DNA from: Octopus vulgaris
Lineage: Eukaryota
Direction of reading: 5' to 3'
NCBI GenBank assembly: GCA_951406725.2
Contig: OX597816.1
Coordinates: 121,520,001 to 121,584,000 of the forward strand
DNA length: 64,000 nt
The notes under the pieces: generated by a model
What the model was told of the DNA's origin: nothing
Seen by the model: only the letters and a program-made list of their open reading frames with translations
Database searches by the model: none
Shown: one piece after another, positions 1 to 10,944 of the stretch
Position numbering within the stretch: the first letter of the stretch is position 1
How the letters are laid out: each line of letters begins with the position of its first letter
Translations under genes and position numbers: made by a program

Positions 1-239
1 TCTAAGTGTCCATGCAAACCTTGCTCACATGGACACGCTGGTGCGATATCATGCCAGTGTCAGATATGCATACTTTTGTGCATAAAGAACAGTTAAAGAG
101 GGAACAAGAAACTCTTGCAAAGCTTATGATATTAATCTCGTTTTTACAAAATTTTCTTTGCAATTCAGCTTGCTTAAATCTTGCTCAAAATCTTTAACGC
201 CGCTCCAAATCGTAGTTCTACATTCTATATACTGAAGTG

Positions 240-450
240 CGCGTGTGTGTTTATGTCTGTGGTTGTCTCCCATCATCGCTTGACAACAAGCGTTGGTTTG
301 TTTACATCTGCGTAACTTAGCGTTTCGGCAAAATGAGACGGACGGAATAAGAACAAGGTTTAAAAAAGTACTGGGGTTGATTTATTCGACTAAACCTTAA
401 TACGTTGTGCCCCAGCACGGCCTCAGATCAGTGACTAAAACAAGTAAAGA
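240..450 (+). mobile_element. SINE family A, 3' half
   Basis: Matches the 3' half of the complete copies at 35170-35610 and 41990-42387 (cgcttgacaac...gtaacttagcg.ttcggcaaaa...ctggggt.gat...cccagca.ggcc.cag.tca.tgactaaaacaagtaaa). Confidence 0.75.
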
Positions 451-657
451 GTATGATAAATGTTTAAAACTGATCAAGGCCGCATTAAATGTATTTGCAT
501 TAACTAATTGTTTTCCTAAGTAATGACATCCGATTGCTTAACAAAATCTCATAACGTTCAACAAACCTCAGCTTACAAATACATTGTTTCTTTTCTGAGC
601 CTCTTATACCATCTTCACAATAGTCTCTACTTATCTGAAGAAGAAAGCTACGTACCA

Positions 658-820
658 GGCGCAGGCGTAGCTGTGTGATAAGAAGCTTACTTCCCAAACC
701 ACATGGTTCTAGGTTCAGTCCCACTGCGTGGCACCTTGGACTAGAGTCTTCTATTATAGCCTCGAGCCAACCAAAACCTTGTGAGAGGATCTGGTAGATG
801 GAAACTGAAAGAAGCTCGTT
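658..820 (+). mobile_element. SINE family A, tRNA-derived 5' half, followed by (ATAC)n
   Basis: ggcgcaggcgtagctgtgtg (A-box-like) ... ggttcagtcccactgcgtggcaccttgg (B-box-like) ... ggaaactgaaagaagc. More than 10 similar copies occur in the window. Confidence 0.8.
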
Positions 821-827
821 TTATATA

Positions 828-863
<36 letters not shown>

Positions 864-881
864 CATACATACATACATACA

Positions 882-914
<33 letters not shown>

Positions 915-973
915 TTATAAAGTGCTAACTCACGAAACTCTCGAGCTTTCAGTCACTCTGTTATTTCTACTTG

Positions 974-1039
<66 letters not shown>

Positions 1040-1354
1040 GCGCACACAAAGTGATTTTGGAGGGATCTATTATTCAGGCGGATATTATATTAGCTCTTTG
1101 TTTGGTTCCAGATGTAGGTTAACCACAACGGTCAATATCCAATGTCCGTGCCTACAACAAGTTGTTAGTCACTGGTGAATTCTTCCGGTGGGTACTTCAC
1201 TTCGAGGAAGACCAAATAGATGGAAGCTGGTGAAACTGCATTGACGACATTGCAAGATTGCATCTGCATCAATATGCAGTCGCTACAGTGGAAACACATG
1301 TCGGTCATTACTATGAAATAAATATTATGGATGTACAAGTCTCCACAATCCTTA

Positions 1355-1720
1355 TCTCTTATTATAAAAGGCAGATTTTATCTGCCTCCCTTTGGGAGTT
1401 ATACAAATCTACAATATAGGATTTCTTCAATTACAATTTACCTTGCATTTTTAAGAGTACAATGCATCGCGTCATGCCAGGTCCAGTTTTTAAAATTTAA
1501 ACTCCAGTTAAGCAAAATGTACAGAAAACTCACATTCTGGTGTGTGTGTCAAATGCTTTTCTTAGTCTGGTTTACAGCACACGCAAACGCACACACACAG
1601 TGGGCAACGAATAAAATGAAAGTAATTGACTTACTGTAGTGAGTGATTCTTTCACTCTGCCTCCCACTTCCTCTTTCCACACAGACACGCAAATATATAA
1701 ATAAAATTGTAAGCTAACGT
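1355..1720 (+). mobile_element. possible Helitron-like 5' fragment
   Basis: A|TCTCTTATTATAAAAGGCAG resembles the 5' start of the Helitron at 2483 (A|TCTCTCTATATATAAACGGCAG). No 3' CTRR end of its own was found. Confidence 0.35.
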
Positions 1721-1865
1721 GCGTGTGTGTGAGTGGGTGTGTGTAGGTGTGCGCGTGTGTGTGTGTGTGTGAGGGTGCGTGTGTGTGTGTGTGTGTGCGT
1801 GTGCGTGAGTGTGTGACAGGAAAGTTTTTTACGACGAATATAACACCTATATCCAAGTAGCAGAA

Positions 1866-2482
1866 AGATAAGACAGTAAGGTGTGATTTGAGGGAGATTT
1901 GGCTGCTATTTCTACCATGTCTAGCTGCCATGTAGGGGTCTCCCTCATAGGCTCATACATACATATATACATAGATAAGACAGTAAGGTGTGATTTGGGG
2001 GAAATTTGGCTGCTATTTCTACCAGGTCTAGCTGCCATGTAGGGGTCTCCCTCATAGGCTCATACATACATATATACATAGATAAGACAGTAAGGTGTGA
2101 TTTGGGGGAAATTTGGCTGCTATTTCTACCAGGTCTAGCTGCCATGTAGGGGTCTCCCTCATAGGCTCATACATACATATATACATAGATAAGACAGTAA
2201 GGTGTGATTTGGGGGAAATTTGGCTGCTATTTCTACCAGGTCTAGCTGCCATGTAGGGGTCTCCCTCATAGGCTCATACATACATATATACATAGATAAG
2301 ACAGTAAGGTGTGATTTGGGGGAAATTTGGCTGCTATTTCTACCAGGTCTAGCTGCCATGTAGGGGTCTCCCTCATAGGCTCATACATACATATATACAT
2401 AGATAAGACAGTAAGGTGTGATTTGGGGGAAATTTGGCTGCTATTTCTACCAGGTCTAGCTACCATGTAGAGGTCCCCCTCA
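1866..2482 (-). repeat. 107-bp tandem array (5.8 units) built from the 5' head of dispersed element family H
   Basis: Units start at 1866, 1973, 2080, 2187, 2294 and 2401 (agataagacagtaagg...). Units 2-5 appear identical. The ORF track shows the same 107-bp periodicity. Confidence 0.95.
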
Positions 2483-2854
2483 TCTCTCTATATATAAACG
2501 GCAGTTTGTCTGTGTGTGTTTCTGTGTGTCTGTCAGGTTGTACCCTCACCCTGACCACGGCTTTCAACCGATTCTGATGAAACTTGACACACACATAGCC
2601 CAATGTCATAATTCAAAACTAACGCAGCGAAAATTTTGAAAAGTTCCCCCAGTTCTGAAAAAAATCGATAAATTCGACATGGAGTCGAGAATCAGAAACA
2701 CAAACCACAGACTGTCTAGGGGACGCAACTCGACCTTTTTAACTAAAAAAAAATTTACCATCATTTTTTTTCAATTTTTTTGGCTATAACTCTCTAAAAA
2801 TGCTTTATAGTTATTTCCCTTACAAACCCGAGCAACGCCGGGCGATACTGCTAG
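2483..2854 (+). mobile_element. non-autonomous Helitron (family 1), complete
   Basis: 5' TC, 3' CTAG preceded by the GC hairpin cccg-agcaacgc-cggg, inserted between A and T with no TSD. A near-identical copy lies at 38862-39242. Confidence 0.85.
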
Positions 2855-2873
2855 TTATTAATATTGTCTATGT

Positions 2874-3073
2874 AACCGCGTGTGTACCGTTGGCGATTTT
2901 CTTCCTCCGTCTTCCCTTCTTTGGATCTTTCCTTTTCCTATGTTTCAGACGAAGAGCTCCGCTCGAAACGTTAAACTCTCTTTCTTTCCTTCTTTCCTGA
3001 GCGTCCAATAATACTATATTTGTTCCACGTCCTCGCGTTGTTGTGTTTTCTTTTGTGTTTTCATGTTTGGATA

Positions 3074-3078
<5 letters not shown>
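2874..3078 (+). mobile_element. Penelope-like pLTR-derived short element with minimal hammerhead motif (2942-2976)
   Basis: GTTT-CaGACGA-A-GAGC-TCC-GCTC-GAAA-CGTT-AAAC. Homologous copies at 9868-10056 and 19054-19256. Confidence 0.65.
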
Positions 3079-3110
<32 letters not shown>

Positions 3111-3194
3111 TGTGTGTGTGCATGTATGTAAGTATGTATGTGGGTATGTATGTATGTATGTATGTATGTATGTATGTATGTATGTATGTATGTA

Positions 3195-3577
3195 TTGGCA
3201 TGTCTTTGCTGACGAAGATTAGGCGGTCGGAAGTCTGTTGTCCACGTCGTCTGCACGCTCGTTCGTGGCTGATAAGACTGATGTAGGATCGACATATCCG
3301 ACTGCAGTGATGACAGATATATGGTTGTCTAGAGTCTGATGATGCAGCTGCATTATGTTTTCGCCTCCGACCTTTGTCTTCAAGAGAGGCACTGCGAGAG
3401 AGCTCAAAGGACGAAACAGCATCGCTGATGGTATGGCACCAGGCAACACAGTCAGCTGTTAGAGTGGACCACTCACGATAATCAATGTCATAAACGCTAA
3501 GGGACTGCTTCAGGCAGTCCTTGTAACGCTGTTTTGTGTCCCCACTGTTGCGGTAGCTAGTGGTGAGCTCACCGTAC
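3195..3577 (-). mobile_element. RTE (BovB-like) LINE 3' fragment with C-terminal zinc-finger-like motif
   Basis: Hand translation YGELTTSYRNSGDTKQRYKDCLKQSL...W...AWCHTI...YICHHCSRICRSYISLISHERAC is typical of an RTE ORF C-terminus. It ends in an (ATAC)n tail. Confidence 0.8.
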
Positions 3578-3591
3578 TATGTACGTATGTA

Positions 3592-3654
<63 letters not shown>

Positions 3655-3659
<5 letters not shown>

Positions 3660-3870
3660 TTTCTGTCTGTGTTTATCTCTACGACCGCTTGACAACCAGT
3701 GTTGGTGTGTTCACTTCCCCGTAACCTAGCAGCTCGGCAAAAGAAATCGACAGAATAAGTACCAGGCTGAAAAACGGGCATTGCGGTCGATTCATTCAAC
3801 TAAAAGTTCTTCAAGGCGGTGCCCCAGCACTGCCGCAGTCCAATGACTGAAACAAGTAAAAGATAAAAGA
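3655..3870 (+). mobile_element. SINE family A, 3' half after (GT)n
   Basis: Same 3' module as the other family A copies. Confidence 0.8.
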
Positions 3871-3874
3871 CACT

Positions 3875-4290
3875 CTTCCTGCTCTTATCTAAGCCCTTCG
3901 CTCTGTATGAAGTGCAGGCCATCAACGAATTTTTTCCACTGTTCTCGATTCTGCGCTGTCGTTTCTGTTTCTCCCTACTTGAATCCCTATTTTTCATTTC
4001 TGCCTCTCTATTCCACCTCCAGCAATTTCTGGGGCATTCTCTCCGCCTCCCTTGTGAATTCCAGGCACAAAGCCTGCCGTGTCATGTTTCCCCGAAGGAA
4101 GTCTATCCTCTTCTAGCTTTTGAACTGACATCGATGCTTCTGTGACTTTGCTTTTTTCTAGATAGGAGTGCTGGTCCTACGCAAACCACTACTAGTCCTG
4201 CCTCTATCCTTTGATCTGTCCTGTATGGGAGACCCATAGCTCTCAGGATCATTGAGTGTGGTGGCACAATCCACTATAGCGCAATAAGGA
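3875..4290 (-). mobile_element. decayed RTE-type element (3' coding end plus possible 5'UTR)
   Basis: The minus strand gives TRQAL...AQNREQWKKFVDGL, resembling the RTE C-terminus. 4150-4290 resembles RTE 5' UTR sequence (recognised from memory). Confidence 0.5.
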
Positions 4291-4559
4291 CTGTATCTTG
4301 TAATGATTCTCCTGTTCTTAACCCCGCCATTTCTTACTAACGACTACCCCTCTCTTTATTCACCTTCCTTCCCTGAGCTCCAGCTCATAGTAATACTCCA
4401 CATTTTTTTCTGGGGTAAGGAATGATGATAACGACTCCAGTCGTGCTTCATATCTCATATTAAGCTAATTCTTATTCCCTTTGACTAACTTCAAAAATGT
4501 ATCTGAAAAGTATTACATTGATTTTGTTATATTACAAGATGGAATTTTTTTCTTTTGTC

Positions 4560-4908
4560 AAGTAACCACACGCACTATATAATACTCGTTCTTCACTTCA
4601 ATTTTATTATTATTCTTATTTTAGTATCCTTTGTCTGAAATCTTTTGTCACACGTCCTGTGACCTCTTCAATGACTCTCCGTCCCACGTGTCTCCTCTTG
4701 ACCTATTTAGTCAATTCTTCAACGACTCTCCATCTCACATGTCTCTTCCTGTCCTTTTTAGTCCATTCTGCCTAGACTAAACAGGATTGGAGGAGGCACG
4801 TAGGATGAAGAGTCGTTGAAGAGGCCCCGGATGTGGGATGAAGGAATTCAGTCAAAGGACACTAAAATAAGAAGTGAAGAACGAATATGTAATACATGTG
4901 GTTAATTG
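4560..4908. repeat. imperfect inverted repeat (arms ~4560-4698 and ~4790-4908), Penelope-pLTR-like
   Basis: The reverse complement of the right arm aligns to the left arm (tcgttcttcacttc...ttattttagt.tcctttg.ctgaa...cctcttcaa.gactct). It contains the hairpin GTCACA-cgtcc-TGTGAC. Confidence 0.7.
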
Positions 4909-6054
4909 GCCTCCAAAAAATGACCATCAGAGGACACTTGTCTAAGATGTTGTGCTGTAAGATCGAACCCAGAACGGCGTAATTCTGAACTTCTTAAACT
5001 ATAGCTATCCCTACACCTACGATGTTCATAACATAATCAACTGCATGAAAGCAACGACACCCCACCTTCCATCAGCTTGCTTTCATCGACTTCATCAATA
5101 ACTTATTTTTATTCATGGTCATAATTCTGTCATATTCTTCCCAAGACAAGGTTTTCTTCCATACAGGAAAGATACAAGGCAGTACGACGATAATTTATTT
5201 CCTGTTTTGAAAATAAGAGATTCTGTCTGAACCTCCTAAGTATTCCTAAAGCAGGAGCTGGGATTCCAAGTTGGTGACATTTATTTTGAAACGAAAACTG
5301 ATATGGTTTCTTCATTGTCTTCCGACATAGTGCAAAATAAGTGGATGTCAATGAATCATTTATCGATTACCCTGCGGTCATAGACTTTCAGAAGGGTACC
5401 TCCTGATACTAATGTTATCGCTTCATACTCGTCTGTCTAAATTTCAAAATAAGAACCAGTCTGTAGAAAATTATTGTAATAAGCCAAACACTCATCCTTT
5501 CGTCATTTATCATTAACATTAACCTTTTGGTGGTCCCCTCACTCAAACTACGTTATCGATGAGACAACCTGTATGAGGAGATTGGTAAGCTTGTAACAAA
5601 GGTTCGCTCTTTTGTGTTTGTGTGTGTGTGTGGTGGCAAAACCTACCAAGCGCATAGCAGCAGTAAAAATTCACTGTTGGAAATAATGTATGCTCTGTGT
5701 GTAGTCAGTACAACTTGTACAAACAGCGAATACGCGGTTAAGTATGCAAAACAACAAAAGAACTAATTTCACTTGTGTTGAATATGACGAATTTGTCGAA
5801 TTCATTAGTGCAATACGATGCCCATCACCGAGAATCTTTCTCAATATTTTTTTAATTATTAATTAGTCAGTGAAAGAGGATCGGTATTCAAGCAAGTTCT
5901 TTGTAGACGATCCGAAACTGATAGAGTTGATGAATATGGTGCTCTGCTTGTGCTTCTTTAGACTCCATATCTTAAAACATTTTAACCTCCCAAGAACGAG
6001 TAAATGAGGTTACATAAGAATTCTTCGAAGATATACACGTTATTTTTTATTGAA

Positions 6055-6270
6055 AGGCGGCAAGCTAGCAGAATGGTTAGCAACCGGGCAAAATGTTTAG
6101 CGGCATTTCGTCTGTCTTTACGTTCTGAATTCAAATTCCGCTGAGGTCAACTTTACCTTTCATCCTTTCAGGGTGCATAAAATAAATACCAGTTGATCAC
6201 TAAGGGTCGATGTAATCTACTTAGTCCCTTTCCCGAAATTGTTGGCCTTGTGCCAAAACTTGGAACCATA
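6055..6270 (+). mobile_element. SINE family B (tRNA-derived head, gtcgactttgcctttcatcctttcggggtcgataaaataagtaccag core)
   Basis: ggcggcaagctagcagaatggttagc...ttctgaattcaaattccgctgagg... More than 25 copies or fragments occur in the window. Confidence 0.8.
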
Positions 6271-7043
6271 ATTTTTAGTGAGATTTTATTGTTGCTAATT
6301 TTTTCTCGAGTATAGGTTGTTAATTCGCTGTCTATCTCCTGTTGTTTCAAATCTGTGTTTAATTCTCTTCCTTCGCTTGGGCAGAGTAGACAGGTGATGG
6401 ACCCATGGAAAGTCTTTCTTCGTTGTGATTATCCCTTTAGTGATCAATCATTCAAACTTTTCGTCTTGAGTTGTTGGTTTCTTCTCCTACATCAGTCCTG
6501 ACAGCGAGCCAAACAATGGTCAAAGGTGTTTTTTATCATCATGATCGTCCCATCTGTTGTCAGGCATCATGTTCGCCGGTCAGAGGAACGACGATCATCT
6601 AATCATCCTTAAAGATGATTGATGATTGATGATTTGTGCGGCAACTTAGTTTAAAGAGAAGAGTTGCACATCGTCAACCTTACTCTCTCGACCTTACTTG
6701 AGTGAACCGTACGTCAATTTGAACCTTACTCAATTGAACCTTACTTCAATTGAGTGTCAAGGCCAGATCAAGACGACTGGACATGGAGACGGTTGTAATG
6801 GACGTCCAAGATATCATGCTTGCCTCATTTTGCTCTCTGCACTCCACAATGCGTTACTGGAGTCGCCTTCCCTTCCGTTGACCCATGAAGGTTTCTCCCG
6901 CAGAGTCAATGAGATCCAGTCTTGACATATATTGGCAGGAAAGCCCTAACAAACTAATTAACCCATAGCGGGAACCCTGATAAGTGCTATTACTGCAGGT
7001 CAGAGTAGACTTGAAAGCAATAATGGCTAAGAGGTGGTTCCAC

Positions 7044-7384
7044 CACTAGTGTAGCCAAGGTGGGCGGTAGGGGTGGTCCACCCCGGGCGACACTTTTTTC
7101 TTTTTATTCTTGGCACAAGGATCGAAATTTTAGGGAGGGGGCCAGTCGATTAGATCGACTCCAATATGCAACTGGTACTTAGTTTATCGACCCCGAAAGG
7201 ATGAAAGGCAAAGTTGACCTCGGCGGAATTTAAACTCAGAACGTAAAGACAGACGAATTACCGCGGTACTTTTAAAGGGGCGATACTTTGCGGTCTGCTG
7301 TAGGCAATATGTGTTTTTTGTGGGGTTCGGGGGCGGCAAACGGAAGGGCTGCTCCGGGCGGCACACACTGTAGCTACACTAGTA
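7044..7384. mobile_element. hAT-type MITE with nested SINE B (~7100-7265, minus)
   Basis: TIRs cACTAGTGTAGC / GCTACACTAGTa. Perfect 8-bp TSD GGTTCCAC at 7036-7043 and 7385-7392. Confidence 0.85.
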
Positions 7385-7494
7385 GGTTCCACACTCTTCA
7401 AAACTCTAGGCCTTCCGAACCAGGATTTTACTACTGGATGCAATTTAAAGTTATACCTAGGACAAAGTGAATCTAAGACTATATATTAATGTGT

Positions 7495-7805
7495 CATGCG
7501 CATGGGTCAGTTGTTAGAGCGTCAGGATCACAATCATGAGATAGTGAGCTAGATTCCCAGACCGGACAGTGTGTTGTGTTCTTGAGCAAGACACTTTATT
7601 TCACGTTGCTCCAGGTAGAAATGAATTACGACATCACTGATGACAAGCTGTATCGGCCTTTGCCTTTCCCTTGGATAACATCAGTGGCGTGGAGAGGGGA
7701 GGCTGGTATGCATGGGTAACTACTGGTCTTCCATAAACAACCTTTCCCGGACTTGTGCTTTGGCGGGGAATTTTCTAGGTGCAATCCCATGGTTATTCAT
7801 GACCT
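7495..7805 (+). mobile_element. SINE family C (tRNA head, V-SINE-like central domain)
   Basis: gtgttcttgagcaagacactttatttcacgttgctccag core. Homologous to 26232-26560 (minus) and to the head of 62042-62317. Confidence 0.7.
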
Positions 7806-8800
7806 TATTACTACTTATTACGCCCTTATTACTTCTTTCAATACGGTAGTATATGATTTGCGGTTACTTCGTTGTCCGGTTTCATCTTGAGCAGTTTTGA
7901 GGAATTCATGCTTGGTCTGACCTGGAGCAAATTCACACTTGGTTTCTTGGCACGTTTCTCCAACGTTGCTAATTTTGGTTACTTAGTAGATTTCCTAACC
8001 GAATAGTTGTGTTTCATATCATCTGATAGTCCGAGATCTGTTAAAAACAGTTGCCAAAAACACTCTCAAATCACACTCTACTGTCATACAAAAAGGAGGG
8101 ACACATTGAAAAAAATAGGGTTCTACATGAAGGCACACTGTATCTGAATAAAACACCTTTAATCGTAGGTCGAATCGATTTTTGGCTGAGCAACAACGTT
8201 TGATTGGCTGATAAGTTTTCTTCTATGCTAGAACAGAATGTTTGGCTGGTCCTTTTATATCCAACAGATGTCCAAATGGCTGTCGTCACCACCACCGTCA
8301 CCACCATCACCACCACCACCACTAACACCGCCGACGACGACCATGACGAGCTACCAGCTCCTTCTCCTCTTCCCGCTGCTTTCATCCTCCTCCTCTTTTT
8401 TCCAATACTGCCCCCTTTCCCCTTCTCACAGCATATCAACTTATCCTAGAAAACAAAAAGCGCATATATCACAGTGGGGTGGGGTTAATTATTCAGTTAT
8501 ACCATCTGATTGGAAAACAATAGCTAATTTAGTCATAACATCATATAGTGGGCATCAAAATACCCAAATAGAAATAATTATGTTGGGAGAAAAATACATT
8601 AGATCAACGATTAATACGATTCCAGTAATAATATTCTACTTGTGATATGTCCGAATATTACGCTTAACAATGGAACGAAATGCAAAGCTCCGCCTTATGA
8701 GAATAACTTTCTCTGTCATGGTCAATGTGAAGAACATACCCTATACACTTACCTTCTAAGAACTGCTGTAAACAGTGAAAGTGAGCAAGAACGTTAAACT

Positions 8801-8844
<44 letters not shown>

Positions 8845-8846
<2 letters not shown>

Positions 8847-9012
8847 GACGGGCTTCTTTCAGTTTCTATCATCTCTCTACCAAATACATTCACAAGACTT
8901 TGGTCGGCCCGAAGATAAAGTAAAAGACACTTGCCCAAGGTGCCACGCAATGGGACTGAACCTGGAAACATGTGGTTGGAAATCAAGCATCTTACCACAC
9001 AGCCACACCTGC
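8845..9012 (-). mobile_element. SINE family A, 5' half
   Basis: Reverse complement of the family A head, abutting (TA)n. Confidence 0.8.
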
Positions 9013-9456
9013 TATGTTTATAGTGATCGATTGTATGCCCTATACATTAGCTCACTCCTTACATCAAATCAACAATGCTTGAAAAGTACCCAGTGAACCA
9101 CATGTCAGGTGTCGAAGTAATCGCGAAGCAACGTGAGATGAAGTGTACCACCTGGTCCAGGAATCGAAAACACGATCTCGCGATCGTGAGTGCAACACCC
9201 TAACTACAAGATCTTGCACCCTCACAATAGTCTCCATATAAAAGCTGCAAACTTCTCATTAGTTTTCCACATATGTTCTCCTTTTCTCAGTTTCTGACGA
9301 GACAATTACATACGCCGAGCAGTTGACCTCTGCAGCGCAGCATCACTTTTAATTCTTGCTCCAGAGAACCATGTCTGACTTATAGGATTTACACCAGGTT
9401 GTTGGCTTTATTGAGATATTCCTCTATAGCATTCTTTTATTTTTAAAGGTATAGTC

Positions 9457-9641
9457 CAGTGGTACTCAATAGGGGACCATATGAGTTTTGAGGGTTCATG
9501 AAAGATTTTGCAGTTAAAATTTATATGCTATAATTTGGTTATACTTCAAAAATTCACAAAATAGTTTAACAATTTTATTTTATACAATTCCTAAGTAAAA
9601 TAGGAATCAAAGGGGTCCATAGGTGAAAATTCGAACCACTG
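9457..9641. mobile_element. hAT (Charlie-like) MITE
   Basis: TIRs CAGTGGTacTCAA / TTcGAACCACTG. 8-bp TSD gtatagtc/gtatagtt. A related copy lies at 43311-43593. Confidence 0.8.
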
Positions 9642-9867
9642 GTATAGTTCTGGTGTGTCATGCATGACAATCCTTCCTGTAAATTCCCGCGGATTTTATA
9701 TAGCTTCATTGACAATGTAATGTCATACTGGAAAGAAGCAACGTGCGGACACTTTTTGACAACTGCTGCGGATGTAGTTGTTTCACGCTGGTATGGCGCA
9801 ATCGACATTTTCTATCGTAGTATATAAATATGTGTGTTTGTGTGTGTGTGCGTGTGTGTGTGTGTAT

Positions 9868-10056
9868 AGTCAATCCAAACATGAACAAGCAAGAAATGAC
9901 AACAACGCGAGGACGTGGGATAAGTATATTGGACGCTCAGGAAAGGAAAGAAAAGAAGGAGAGATTTCACGTTTCGAGCGGAGCTCTTCATCAGAAATAT
10001 TGAAAAAGTCCAAAGAAGACGGAGAAAGAAAATCGCCAACGATACACACGCGGTCA
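9868..10056 (-). mobile_element. Penelope-like pLTR-derived short element with minimal hammerhead motif (9964-9998)
   Basis: Minus strand ATTT-CTGATGA-A-GAGC-TCC-GCTC-GAAA-CGTG-AAAT. Confidence 0.65.
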
Positions 10057-10089
10057 CATATTGAAATAACTGGAAGAGAATGGGTGGTG

Positions 10090-10800
10090 CGTGTGTGTGT
10101 GTGTAATATATATATATACGAAAGTATGCGTATATTTATGCTTGTATACACACATACGCGCAAACATGCATATGCAAATAATATACATGCATATATGTAT
10201 CTGTGTATGTGCCTCTGTGTGTGTGTATAATAATATGTATGTATATGTGTGTATATATATACATATATATATATATATATCATATATACATAGATATAAA
10301 TATGTATTCATGTATAGATAGATACATACATACAAACACATGCACATACATACATACATACATACAGACTGGCAGACAGACATGCATGCACGCATACATA
10401 TATACATGTATTCATATATAGTGCATACATACATGCATACATACATGCATACATACATACATGCATACAAACATGCATGCATACAAACATGCATACATAC
10501 ATGCATGAATGCATACATACATGCATGAATGCATACATATATACATACATACATACATGCATACATACATGCATACATACATGCATACATACATGCATAC
10601 ATACATACATACATACATACATACATGCATACATACATACATACATACATGCATACATGCATACATACATACATACATACATACATACATACATACATAC
10701 ATACATACATACATACATACATACATACATACATACATACATGCATACATCCATCCATACACATACATACATATACTCATTCATACATACATCCACATTG
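10090..10800. repeat. compound (CA)n/(TA)n/(ATAC)n/(ATGC) microsatellite
   Basis: Directly visible. Confidence 0.95.
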
Positions 10801-10944
10801 CATACGAAGAGACAGCTAGACAGTCAGCCAGACAGACAGACAGACATAATAATGAGCAACAATAAAAATATGTTAACAAGCGAAACCTTGTCAATTGTGG
10901 AAGGGAGAAGGATAAAAAAAAAGTTATGACTCCCGGCTGTTGTT

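Noticed and set aside
915-965. ctcacGAAActctcgag partial hammerhead
   Set aside because: The CUGANGA half is missing, leaving too little sequence to support a call.
1866-2482. CRISPR-like array
   Set aside because: The units are identical along their whole length with no unique spacers, there are no cas genes, and the context is eukaryotic.
10054-10929. Long ORFs such as MYVC/HTYI repeats here and at 30.3-30.8 kb and 40.7-41.3 kb
   Set aside because: They are translations of stop-free microsatellites.
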